32,000 bases of DNA. Origin: Moraxella nasicaprae. Lineage in GTDB: Bacteria; Pseudomonadota; Gammaproteobacteria; Pseudomonadales; Moraxellaceae. The stretch spans positions 1,950,001 through 1,982,000 of the forward strand of contig NZ_CP089977.1 in NCBI RefSeq assembly GCF_025643275.1. Direction: 5' to 3'. Numbering within the stretch: position 1 is the stretch's first letter; each line of letters starts with the position of its first letter. A program made the translations under genes and the position numbers. The notes under the pieces were generated by a model that saw nothing but the letters and a program-made list of their open reading frames with translations, was not told where the DNA came from and did no database searches. Below, piece by piece: positions 17,551 to 26,013 of the stretch.

Positions 17551-18462
17551 TTAAGCTGATTGATGATGACCCCAAGCACTGACATATTTTGCCAAAAAAT
17601 TCTCAAAAGCTGCGGTGGCTGGGGTAATGGAGCGATGTTTGTTTTTGTAAAGCAAAAATTTGCGACTAATGACAGGTTCGCTGATTGGTACCATTACAAG
17701 CCCTTGTTCCTTGACCCAAGCATCAGCATAGCTGAGTGCAACCGTGATACCAAGACCCATTTTGACCATGCCTAATGCGGTGGATAAAAAATTAACCTCA
17801 TAATCGCTACGAAACAGTCGAGAACTGATGTCCAAAGGCAATTCATCAGCAATCTGCTTGGCAAAGGGTTCTTGTAGGGTAATTAGGTCATTTTCGCCCA
17901 AATCACGCCAAGTGAGCTTTTGGCGGTCGGCAAGTGGGTGGTCTGGGCGTAGCACCAAGCAAAAGGGCGAAGTAAACAGCTCATTAGCAACCACATCGGC
18001 ACTAAATGGATACTCAGGACCAATGCCTAAATCAGCGTCCAAGATTTGCACTTGATTGATAACATCTTCGATGGAGCAGTCAATCAAATTTACCTGAATA
18101 TCAGGATAGGTCAGTTTAAATTGACGAATCAACTCAGGCATCGCTGATGCAGCCAGTTGTTGTGGGGCAGCGATACGCACTTTGCCCTGATGAAAGTCTT
18201 TGAGGTCAGCAATTTCATTGCCCAAAAGCTGCATGTCGTGCAAGACTCTTAGGGCGTGTGGCAGGATTCTTTCGCCTGCATCTGACAGATGAATTTGGCG
18301 AGTGGTGCGGTCAAACAATCTGGTGTCAATATGCCGCTCCATTTCTTTAATCAGACCGCTTAGCGATGATTGGGTTAGGTGCAGCTCATCAGCGGCTTTG
18401 GTAAAACTTTTATGGCGGGCTACACTGGTGAAGGCTTTAAGCTGGCGAAAAGTGATATTCAT
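17551..18462 (-). CDS. LysR-family transcriptional regulator, divergent from hppD
   Basis: N-terminal wHTH MNITFRQLKAFTSVARHKSFTKAADELHLTQSSLS plus a LysR substrate-binding domain. Start at ATG 18462. The ORF-track start is a TTG. Confidence 0.9.
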   Translation of the reverse strand: MNITFRQLKAFTSVARHKSFTKAADELHLTQSSLSGLIKEMERHIDTRLFDRTTRQIHLSDAGERILPHALRVLHDMQLLGNEIADLKDFHQGKVRIAAPQQLAASAMPELIRQFKLTYPDIQVNLIDCSIEDVINQVQILDADLGIGPEYPFSADVVANELFTSPFCLVLRPDHPLADRQKLTWRDLGENDLITLQEPFAKQIADELPLDISSRLFRSDYEVNFLSTALGMVKMGLGITVALSYADAWVKEQGLVMVPISEPVISRKFLLYKNKHRSITPATAAFENFLAKYVSAWGHHQSA

Positions 18463-18689
18463 TGAAATATCCAATAAATTAGTCAAAAAAACAATTTGTA
18501 CATTTGGTGCGGCTATTTTATGATAGCAAGCACGAATTTGACAAGTATTATCTTTGGTATCTGATGATTTATTTTACAAAGACATCATAAAATACCAAGC
18601 CAATGCTGGTGAATTGGATTGACTTATCCGTTGCGATGAGTTGTGTGTTACCTAAGTGCAATATCGCACATCATTAAGGAATGATTGTT

Positions 18690-19778
18690 ATGGCAGATTT
18701 ATTTGAAAATCCAATGGGATTAAACGGTTTTGAATTTTTGGAATTTTCAAGCCCAAATGAAGGTTTCTTAGAGCCAATTTTTGAAAAAATGGGCTTTACC
18801 GAAGTGGCTCGCCACCGCTCAAAAGATGTTTCACTATATCGTCAAGGCGGTATCAATATCCTAATCAACCGCACCAAAAACAGCCAAGCCTACTACTTTG
18901 CCCAAGAGCACGGTGCTGGGGCGTGTGCGATGGGCTTTCGTGTTAAGGACGCCAAATTTGCCTATGAAAGAGCCATTGAATTGGGTGCTGAACCTGTGGA
19001 AGTCAAAACCAACCCAATGGAGCTAAAACTGCCAGCGATTAAGGGCATTGGCGGCTCGCTCATCTATTTTATTGACCGCTATGAAGACGGCAACACCATT
19101 TATGATGTGGATTTTGAATTCATCGAAGGTGTGGACAGAAACCCTGTTGGCTTTGGCTTTAAGGTCATTGACCACCTAACGCACAACCTGTATCGTGGTC
19201 GTATGGACTACTGGTACAATTTCTACCAAAAATTCTTTAACTTCCAAGAAATCCGCTACTTTGACATCAAAGGCGAATATACAGGCTTGGCAAGTCGTGC
19301 CTTGACCGCCCCAGATGGCAAAATCCGTATTCCACTAAACGAAGAGTCCAAGCAAGGCGGCGGACAAATTGAAGAATTTTTGATGAAGTTTAATGGCGAG
19401 GGTATTCAGCACATTGCGTTCTTGTCAGATAATTTGCTTGAAAGCATTGACAAACTTCGTGCCGCAGGCGTGCCACTTGCCACCGCACCAAAAGATACCT
19501 ATTATGAAATGCTAGAAGAACGCTTGCCAGGACACGGTGAGCCTGTGGCAGAATTGCAAGCCCGCGGCATTTTGCTAGATGGTACGACCGAAGATGGTAC
19601 GCCACGCCTACTATTACAGATTTTCTCTGAAACCTTGATGGGACCTGTGTTCTTTGAATTTATCCAAAGAAAAGGCGACTATGCACAAGGCTTTGGCGAG
19701 GGTAACTTTAAAGCCCTATTTGAGAGCTTAGAGCGAGACCAAATCCGCCGTGGCGTGCTAGAAGTACCAGCCGAATAA
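18690..19778 (+). CDS. hppD: 4-hydroxyphenylpyruvate dioxygenase
   Basis: [26 protein letters not shown] and [31 protein letters not shown] are diagnostic. Start at ATG 18690, 10 nt after AAGGA. Confidence 0.93.
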   Translation: MADLFENPMGLNGFEFLEFSSPNEGFLEPIFEKMGFTEVARHRSKDVSLYRQGGINILINRTKNSQAYYFAQEHGAGACAMGFRVKDAKFAYERAIELGAEPVEVKTNPMELKLPAIKGIGGSLIYFIDRYEDGNTIYDVDFEFIEGVDRNPVGFGFKVIDHLTHNLYRGRMDYWYNFYQKFFNFQEIRYFDIKGEYTGLASRALTAPDGKIRIPLNEESKQGGGQIEEFLMKFNGEGIQHIAFLSDNLLESIDKLRAAGVPLATAPKDTYYEMLEERLPGHGEPVAELQARGILLDGTTEDGTPRLLLQIFSETLMGPVFFEFIQRKGDYAQGFGEGNFKALFESLERDQIRRGVLEVPAE

Positions 19779-19817
19779 TTTTAATTAGACGATAATTAAA
19801 GTTGAATGCAAATTGAT

Positions 19818-19863
19818 AAAGGCGGATTGTATTTTTATTATAAAAAAATATCGTCCGCTTTTA
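19818..19863 (+). terminator. Hairpin plus T-tract after hppD
   Basis: GGCGGA (19821-19826) pairs with TCCGCT (19854-19859), with one G-U pair. The AT-rich internal stem extends the hairpin, and TTTT follows. Confidence 0.55.
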
Positions 19864-19957
19864 TCTAAACATATTTTAAAAATTGGTTATGATTTTTAAT
19901 ACAGTTTAATCACGATTTTATTAAAAATTTGCCCATTTTAAATTAAGGAAAAACATT

Positions 19958-20503
19958 ATGGCTATCACACAAGGTGTACACCATGTCGCCTACCGCTGTA
20001 AAGATGCTAAAGAAACGGTAGAGTGGTATCAAAAGCATCTGGATATGGATTTTGTTTTGGCAATTGGCGAAGATAAAGTGCCGTCCACAGGCGAGGAAGA
20101 CCCCTATATGCACATCTTTTTGGACGCAGGGGGCGGTAATATTTTAGCGTTTTTTGAATTGCCGACCCGTCCAGAAATGGGGCGAGACCCCAACACGCCC
20201 ATTTGGACGCAGCATTTGGCATTAAAGGTGGAAAGTATGGAAAAACTCCTTGCCACCAAAGAAAAATTGATTAAGGACGGCATTGATGTCATTGGTCCAA
20301 CCAATCACACGCTGTTTCATTCCATTTATTTCTTTGACCCCAACGGACACCGCATTGAACTGGCGTTTGATGTAACGACCGAAAAACAGTCAAAGGCACT
20401 TGATAAGGTCAAATGGGATATGCTAAACGAATGGGCGGTTACCAAAAAAGCCCCTAAACACGCCAGATGGGTACACGATGGCACCGAACCGCCAGAAGTA
20501 TAA
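19958..20503 (+). CDS. Single-module VOC (glyoxalase/extradiol-dioxygenase superfamily) metalloenzyme
   Basis: GVHHVAYRC (first His ligand), TQHLALKV (second His) and GHRIELAF (Glu ligand) fit the paired beta-alpha-beta-beta-beta VOC pattern. A good RBS (TAAGGAAAAA) precedes it. Confidence 0.8.
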   Translation: MAITQGVHHVAYRCKDAKETVEWYQKHLDMDFVLAIGEDKVPSTGEEDPYMHIFLDAGGGNILAFFELPTRPEMGRDPNTPIWTQHLALKVESMEKLLATKEKLIKDGIDVIGPTNHTLFHSIYFFDPNGHRIELAFDVTTEKQSKALDKVKWDMLNEWAVTKKAPKHARWVHDGTEPPEV

Positions 20504-20508
20504 GCGAT

Positions 20509-20569
20509 AAAAACCGCCTAAATGTCATTTTAAATTGATTTTAAAATAAAGAACAATGGGCGGTTTTTT
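20509..20569 (+). terminator. Long hairpin plus T6 after the VOC gene
   Basis: AAAAACCGCC (20509-20518) pairs with GGCGGTTTTT (20559-20568). The 40-nt loop itself contains ATTTTAAA / TTTAAAAT. Confidence 0.6.
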
Positions 20570-20663
20570 ATGCCATATTGGATTTATTTTTAAAAAATCA
20601 AATATGATGATGATTAAAATTGATGTATAATCTAATTTTAAGCAAAATTTTAAGGAAAAAAAG

Positions 20664-21662
20664 ATGAAATTAGCCACTTTAAAAAACAACAGCCGAGACG
20701 GTCGCCTTGTGGTGGTAAGCCGTGATTTAAGCCGTTATAGCGAACCTGATATTGCCACCTTGCAAAACGCCCTTGACGACTGGGCAGCCGCCAAAGAACA
20801 GCTACAAGCGGTCTATGATAAGCTAAATGACGATGAAAGTTTTGGCACGCCTTTTGACCAAAACGCTTGCCACTCGCCCTTACCCAGAGCCTATCAGTGG
20901 GCGGACGGCTCGGCGTATCTGAACCACGTGGAGCTGGTACGAAAAGCAAGAAATAGCGAGGTGCCAGAGTCATTCTATGATGATCCATTGATGTATCAAG
21001 GCGGTTCGGACAGCTTTATCGCTCCAAGAGGTGATGTACTTGCCAAAAAAGAGTGGGGCATTGACCTAGAAGCCGAAGTGGTGGTGGTATCTACCGATTT
21101 GCCGATTGGGGCAAGTCCAGAACAGGCTGGTAAGGCGATTGCACTCATTGGACTTGTCAATGATGTTTCCCTGCGTAACCTTATTCCTAGCGAACTTGCC
21201 AAAGGCTTTGGTTTCTTGCAATCAAAACCAGCTTCAGCTTTTAGCCCTGTCTTTGTAACGCCTGATGAGCTGGGCTGTGCGTGGGCGGATAATAAGGTGC
21301 ATTTGCCCCTAAATGTAGAGATTAACGGCAAGCCCTTTGGTTGCCCCAATGCAGGCGTGGATATGACCTTTGACTTTGCAAGGCTTTTGTCGCACCTTGC
21401 CAAAACTCGTGAGATTGAAGCGGGGACGATTGTCGGTTCTGGTACGGTGTCTAACAAACAAGGCAATCTGTACGGCTCATCGGTAGAACACGGCGGTGTT
21501 GGCTACTGCTGTATTGCTGAGGTGCGTATGTATGAGACCATTGAGAGTGGCAAACCCCAAACCGAATTTTTGGATAATGGCGACACTGTCAAGATTTATA
21601 TGAATGACAAAGACGGCAACAGCATTTTTGGCGAGATTGTTAATACGGTGAAGACGATTTGA
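20664..21662 (+). CDS. FAH-family hydrolase, 332 aa; candidate fumarylacetoacetate hydrolase of the cluster
   Basis: N-terminal MKLATLKNNSRDGRLVVVS domain followed by a FAH fold (GIDLEAEVVVV, LVNDVSLRNL, GTIVGSGTVSN). It is shorter than the roughly 430-aa canonical FahA. Confidence 0.75.
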   Translation: MKLATLKNNSRDGRLVVVSRDLSRYSEPDIATLQNALDDWAAAKEQLQAVYDKLNDDESFGTPFDQNACHSPLPRAYQWADGSAYLNHVELVRKARNSEVPESFYDDPLMYQGGSDSFIAPRGDVLAKKEWGIDLEAEVVVVSTDLPIGASPEQAGKAIALIGLVNDVSLRNLIPSELAKGFGFLQSKPASAFSPVFVTPDELGCAWADNKVHLPLNVEINGKPFGCPNAGVDMTFDFARLLSHLAKTREIEAGTIVGSGTVSNKQGNLYGSSVEHGGVGYCCIAEVRMYETIESGKPQTEFLDNGDTVKIYMNDKDGNSIFGEIVNTVKTI

Positions 21663-21702
21663 TTATTTGGCTTTGCCGATAAATGGCTTAAAATGTCAAT
21701 GA

Positions 21703-21743
21703 ATGGTCGTGTGGTTTTGTTTGGATTGCACGACCATTTTTGA
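21703..21743 (+). terminator. Rho-independent terminator after the FAH gene
   Basis: AATGGTCGTG (21703-21712) pairs with CACGACCATT (21730-21739), followed by TTTT. Confidence 0.75.
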
Positions 21744-21764
21744 TTATAATACAAAATATTTTAT

Positions 21765-21796
21765 GATGACAAGGGTATGAGTTATAATGTCATCAA
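21765..21796. promoter_or_regulatory. 8-bp inverted repeat TGATGACA / TGTCATCA bracketing a TATAAT box upstream of the NhaC-family gene
   Basis: Arms at 21765-21772 and 21789-21796. TATAAT at 21784-21789 lies between and partly within the arms. This is an operator-over-promoter geometry. Confidence 0.4.
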
Positions 21797-21815
21797 ATGG
21801 TTATAAGGAATTTTT

Positions 21816-23201
21816 ATGAGCAATCAAACCCCTCTTCTACACCTAACCCCCAAACAAGCCGTCCCCATTGCCGTCATCGTGGTCTTTGTGCTGGCTTTGA
21901 CGATGATTAAATGGGGCTTTGTGCCCTTGTTGTCGCTACTGATTGTCATTTTAGGTCTGTTGCTGTTTGGTTTGTCAAAGGGGCTAAAATTTGACGATAT
22001 GCAAGAGCGAATGATAGGCGGCGTGTCCACAGGTATGGGGGCGATTTATCTGTTTTCGTCCATCGGTCTTTTGGTGTCTGCTTTGATGATGAGTGGGGCG
22101 ATTCCCACTTTGATGCATTATGGTTTTGGGGTGTTAAGTGCCGAGTGGTTTTATCTGTCTGCCTTTATTTTGTCAAGCGTGGTGGGCTTGGCGTTGGGTA
22201 GCGGTTTTACCACTTGTGCCACCGTGGGTGTGGCGTTTTTGGGCATGGCAAGCGGTTTTGGGGCAAATCCTGCGATTGTCGCAGGAGCGGTGGTCTCTGG
22301 GGCGTTATTTGGCGATAAGATGTCGCCTTTGTCCGACACCACCGCCATTGCCGCAAGCATTGTGGGCGTGGATTTGTTTGACCATATCAAAAATATGATG
22401 TACACCACCATTCCTGCGTGGCTGATTACCGCCATTATTTTTATGTTTATGCCGTCAGCGACAGGCGATTTGTCGGCGGTGGTAGAATTAAAAGACAATC
22501 TGTTAAAAAGCGGATTGGTGCACGGATATACATTAATTCCCTTTGCCATTTTGATTGTGATGGCTTTGATGAAAATCAACGCCATCTACGCCATTTCAGC
22601 CAGCATTGTTACCGCCATTGTGCTAACCTACACCCATTCTAACCCCACCTTATCACAAATGGGTGGCTGGTTCTTTACAGGCTATGCCTTGCCAGAGGGT
22701 GTGGATTTGGGCGATGTGGGCAAACTGGTTTCTCGTGGCGGTTTGCAAAGTATGTTTTTTACCCAAATTTTGGTGATTTTGGCATTATCCTTAGGCGGAC
22801 TGCTGCAAGGTCTTGGTATTTTGCCTGCCCTACTTGATGGAATGAGACACCTACTTACCAAAGCCTCTCGTGGTGTGGCAGCCGCTGCCTTTACTTCCTT
22901 TGGTATCAATATCTTGGTAGGCGAACAGTATTTGAGCCTATTATTATCAGGCAACGCCTTTTTGCCAGAATATAAGCGTTTGGGACTGCACCCAAAAAAT
23001 CTATCACGCACCATTGAGGACGCTGGTACGGTCATCAATCCCCTTGTGCCGTGGGGCGTGTATGGCGGATTTTTGACAGGGGTGTTTGGTATGCCTGTGA
23101 TTAGTTATGTGCCATTTGCCTTCTTTTGTTATTTGTGTTTTATTTTGACGCTGATTTTTGGTTTTACTGGATTTACTTTGACCAAAATTAAGCCTGAATA
23201 A
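21816..23201 (+). CDS. NhaC-family membrane transporter (substrate unknown)
   Basis: 461 aa with about 11-12 hydrophobic segments. Gly-rich helices and GDKMSPLSDTT are typical of the NhaC antiporter superfamily. Confidence 0.75.
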   Translation: MSNQTPLLHLTPKQAVPIAVIVVFVLALTMIKWGFVPLLSLLIVILGLLLFGLSKGLKFDDMQERMIGGVSTGMGAIYLFSSIGLLVSALMMSGAIPTLMHYGFGVLSAEWFYLSAFILSSVVGLALGSGFTTCATVGVAFLGMASGFGANPAIVAGAVVSGALFGDKMSPLSDTTAIAASIVGVDLFDHIKNMMYTTIPAWLITAIIFMFMPSATGDLSAVVELKDNLLKSGLVHGYTLIPFAILIVMALMKINAIYAISASIVTAIVLTYTHSNPTLSQMGGWFFTGYALPEGVDLGDVGKLVSRGGLQSMFFTQILVILALSLGGLLQGLGILPALLDGMRHLLTKASRGVAAAAFTSFGINILVGEQYLSLLLSGNAFLPEYKRLGLHPKNLSRTIEDAGTVINPLVPWGVYGGFLTGVFGMPVISYVPFAFFCYLCFILTLIFGFTGFTLTKIKPE

Positions 23202-23208
23202 TGCCAAT

Positions 23209-23236
23209 GGGGTGTGTTGTTGCACGCCCTTTTTTT
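23209..23236 (+). terminator. Short GC hairpin (one bulge) plus T7 after the transporter gene
   Basis: GGGGTG (23209-23214) pairs with CACgCCC (23223-23229), followed by TTTTTTT (23230-23236). Confidence 0.55.
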
Positions 23237-23256
23237 ATATTTTAAAGGAAAAAACA

Positions 23257-23892
23257 ATGAAACTTTATTCGTATTTTAGAAGTTCGGCAAGTTATCGGGT
23301 GCGTATTGCCCTAAATATTAAAAATTTGCCTTATGAGATTGTCCCTGTTCATTTGGTTAAAGGCGAACAAAAATCAGACGATTATAAAGCCAAAAACCCA
23401 AGTGGTCTTATTCCTGCTTTGGAATTAGAAAATGGCAAAGTGATTACCCAATCAATGGCAATTTTGGATTATTTGGAAAATGAATATCCAGCCATACCAT
23501 TATTACCAAAGGATAATGTCAATAGAGCCATTGTTTTGTCAATGTGCAATATCATTGCTTGCGATACCCACCCTTTAAATAATTTAAGGGTGTTAAAATA
23601 TTTAACAGGCGAATTAAATATCAGTGATGAGCAAAAACAAGATTGGTATGCCCATTGGATTTTGGTGAATTTTACTGCCTTAGAAGAATTATTAAAAGTT
23701 CATAGCGGTCAATACTCGTTTGGTGATGAAATTACTTGGGCGGATATTTGTTTAATCCCACAAGTGTATAATGCCAATCGCTTTAAGGTGGATTTGACCA
23801 ATTTTCCTAATATTTTAAAAGTGGTGGAAAATTGCCAAACATTAGAGGCGTTTATCATAGCCAGTCCAGAAAAACAAGTGGATTTTGAATGA
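23257..23892 (+). CDS. maiA: Maleylacetoacetate isomerase (zeta-class GST)
   Basis: MKLYSYFRSSASYRVRIALNIK is the zeta-GST signature. Start at the ATG after AAAGGAAAAAACA. The ORF-track start at 23212 lies inside the upstream terminator. Confidence 0.9.
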   Translation: MKLYSYFRSSASYRVRIALNIKNLPYEIVPVHLVKGEQKSDDYKAKNPSGLIPALELENGKVITQSMAILDYLENEYPAIPLLPKDNVNRAIVLSMCNIIACDTHPLNNLRVLKYLTGELNISDEQKQDWYAHWILVNFTALEELLKVHSGQYSFGDEITWADICLIPQVYNANRFKVDLTNFPNILKVVENCQTLEAFIIASPEKQVDFE

Positions 23893-23904
23893 TGTTTTGA
23901 TGAA

Positions 23905-23940
23905 TAAAAAAAGACCGATAAAGAATATCGGTCTTTTTTA
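23905..23940. terminator. Bidirectional rho-independent terminator between maiA and the convergent permease gene
   Basis: AGACCGATA (23912-23920) pairs with TATCGGTCT (23926-23934), flanked by A6 and T5 runs. Confidence 0.85.
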
Positions 23941-23952
23941 TTGGGTTGGATT

Positions 23953-25446
23953 TTATACTCTAAATTGTGGTAGCAATGCAGGAATGCCAGGAAGCATACC
24001 AACCGCTGCCATAATGGCACATAAAATCGCAAAACCTACCAAAGGAATAATCACTCGTCCGCTTAGACCCAATTCACGACTGCGTTCTTTGTCGCCAATC
24101 AAGCCCAAGTTGTCTAGCATCATGGTCAAAGACCAGCCAAATACAGGATTTACTAGGGCAGAAGCAAAGACAACGATGGCAGCAGATTGAGTGGTTTTGC
24201 CTTTACGAGTCATCTCCATGCCAGCTTCAAGCAATGGTACAAATACCGCTACAATCAGGGCAGTGGATAGTACAGGCTGCCATACCGCTAAGTCCATCGG
24301 ATAGCCCCAAAGGCTGGCAATGATACAGAAGACGGCAGTCAAAATTGCACCTGCTGGAATGGGGCGTTTGGCGATGGCGGCAGGTACAATATATGTACCC
24401 CATGATGAGGTAAAGTTAGCACCACCAAGCACAGAGCCTGCCGCTTGACGCAATGAGCAGACAACCATGGTATCATCGATGTTCATGTGTGTGCGTTCTG
24501 AACGCTCGGGATAGCTGATTTTTTGGAAAACTTGGTGACCTAAGAAATCAGGCGACCACATGGCAACCGCCAAAACAGCAAATGGGAATACCACTACAAA
24601 GCTTTTGAAATCAGGCAGACCCAAAGTCCAGCCAGTGCTTTCGCCCCACCAGTAAGCAGGACTCATTGGCGGCAAGCCTGGTGCAGTTTTGAATTCAAAT
24701 GGTGCACCCAAAGCAAAAGCAAGAATACCTGCCAATGCACAACCCACAGGGACGGCAAGCCAGCGTTTTTGCCAATGTTCAAGCAGGGCGTACATAATAA
24801 TCGTGGCTAAGATAATAATGAATGAAATGTGCGGCATGCCGATATTGCTTGCCCAAGCATTCATGTTTTTGACTTGTCCTATTAAGCCAACAAAGCCCAA
24901 GTACAGCAACAATCCGCCCGCCACACCATTACTGGTTAATCTGGCTAAGAGCGAACCTCCTTTAAACACTGCTAAGAGTATCCCAAAAATACCAATCAAT
25001 AAGCCAAACGCCAACGGGTGTCCACCTGCGGTAACCACCAGAGGAATCAGAGGGATTAAAGGGCCGTGTGTGCCAGGTAAGTTTGAGGTTGGTAGAAATA
25101 GCCCTGAAAATAATAGGATAATAACAGAGGCAATAAGCATTTCATATCGGACATTTTCCAAAATGAATGCCTCGCCCAAGCCAAGTGGTGTCGCAAATGC
25201 CGCTGCCATCGCACCAACCATCACGATTTTACCAATTGTACCAGCCATCGCAGGGATGGCATCTTCAAATTCAAATCGGTAATCACGGAAAGGAAGGTTG
25301 ATTGCCCAGCGTTTTGGCTTCATGATTTGTAATTCATGATTTAGATAGGCATCTCTGGACGCAAAACTAGAACTTGGCTTATGTAATTCCTGATAGCTTT
25401 TTGATGACATTTCGTCATCTGACCAGCTGCTATTGACATCACTCAT
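23953..25446 (-). CDS. Polytopic membrane permease of uncertain family (NCS2/SulP-like or DUF3360-like), with a hydrophilic N-terminal tail
   Basis: 497 aa from the ATG at 25446, which follows AAGGAGA. It has at least 12 hydrophobic segments after a roughly 60-aa Ser/Asp-rich cytoplasmic N-terminus. The family assignment is from memory only. Confidence 0.6.
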   Translation of the reverse strand: MSDVNSSWSDDEMSSKSYQELHKPSSSFASRDAYLNHELQIMKPKRWAINLPFRDYRFEFEDAIPAMAGTIGKIVMVGAMAAAFATPLGLGEAFILENVRYEMLIASVIILLFSGLFLPTSNLPGTHGPLIPLIPLVVTAGGHPLAFGLLIGIFGILLAVFKGGSLLARLTSNGVAGGLLLYLGFVGLIGQVKNMNAWASNIGMPHISFIIILATIIMYALLEHWQKRWLAVPVGCALAGILAFALGAPFEFKTAPGLPPMSPAYWWGESTGWTLGLPDFKSFVVVFPFAVLAVAMWSPDFLGHQVFQKISYPERSERTHMNIDDTMVVCSLRQAAGSVLGGANFTSSWGTYIVPAAIAKRPIPAGAILTAVFCIIASLWGYPMDLAVWQPVLSTALIVAVFVPLLEAGMEMTRKGKTTQSAAIVVFASALVNPVFGWSLTMMLDNLGLIGDKERSRELGLSGRVIIPLVGFAILCAIMAAVGMLPGIPALLPQFRV

Positions 25447-25663
25447 GGTGTTCTCCTTAATCGTTGTGATGACAAAATATACCAATCAATCCTTTGCAAA
25501 ACAGCCATTTGCAATCAAAATTCTTTTGATGATTTCCAAGCAATAACTAAGTTTCCTTATTTCGTTGGTTTTTTGCCATGAACTTTTGTTATTTTTGGAA
25601 ACGACTTCCTTTATCTTGGGTTGATTGGCAGTCCAATTTGCTTAAATGATTTAAAGCACCGTG

Positions 25664-25692
25664 ATTATAGCTTGCTTTAAGTCATCTGTAAA
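25664..25692 (-). promoter_or_regulatory. Near-consensus sigma70 promoter (TTTACA - 17 nt - TATAAT) reading toward the permease gene
   Basis: Minus-strand -35 at 25692-25687 and -10 at 25669-25664, with an exact 17-nt spacer. This predicts a 5' leader of about 210 nt. Confidence 0.6.
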
Positions 25693-25774
25693 ATAAAAAC
25701 TTTATTGGATTGATTTTTATTGATAAAATAAAGCGAATTTTTCGATTTTTTGATAAATCCCATGTGATGAAGCC

Positions 25775-25954
25775 ATGACTGATGTAGTTTGTTATCCTTG
25801 TCCCACTTGTCAGCAGCCTGCGATTTGGCAAGACAATCCTAATCGACCATTTTGTTCTGAGCGATGTAAACTGATTGACTTAGGTGCTTGGGCTGCCGAA
25901 GATTATAAAATTCAAGCACAGGATTCGCCATTTAGCCAAGAGCTGGACGGTTGA
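25775..25954 (+). CDS. yacG: DNA gyrase inhibitor YacG (zinc-finger protein), 59 aa
   Basis: My translation is [59 protein letters not shown]. The CPxC...FCSxRCxxIDLGxW signature of YacG is present. It falls below the 60-aa cutoff of the ORF track. Confidence 0.88.
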   Translation: MTDVVCYPCPTCQQPAIWQDNPNRPFCSERCKLIDLGAWAAEDYKIQAQDSPFSQELDG

Positions 25955-26013
25955 TTTTTGTGATGAAAGCAGTCGCTGCAACAACCCTCAGCCAAGACAG
26001 TAGGACAACAAAT

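Noticed and set aside
20996-21466. 156-aa ORF on the minus strand
   Set aside because: It is antisense to the FAH-family gene and has no independent support.
24689-25282. 197-aa ORF on the plus strand
   Set aside because: It is antisense to the 497-aa permease gene. The Pro/Asn/Lys-rich translation is typical of the reverse frame of a hydrophobic protein.
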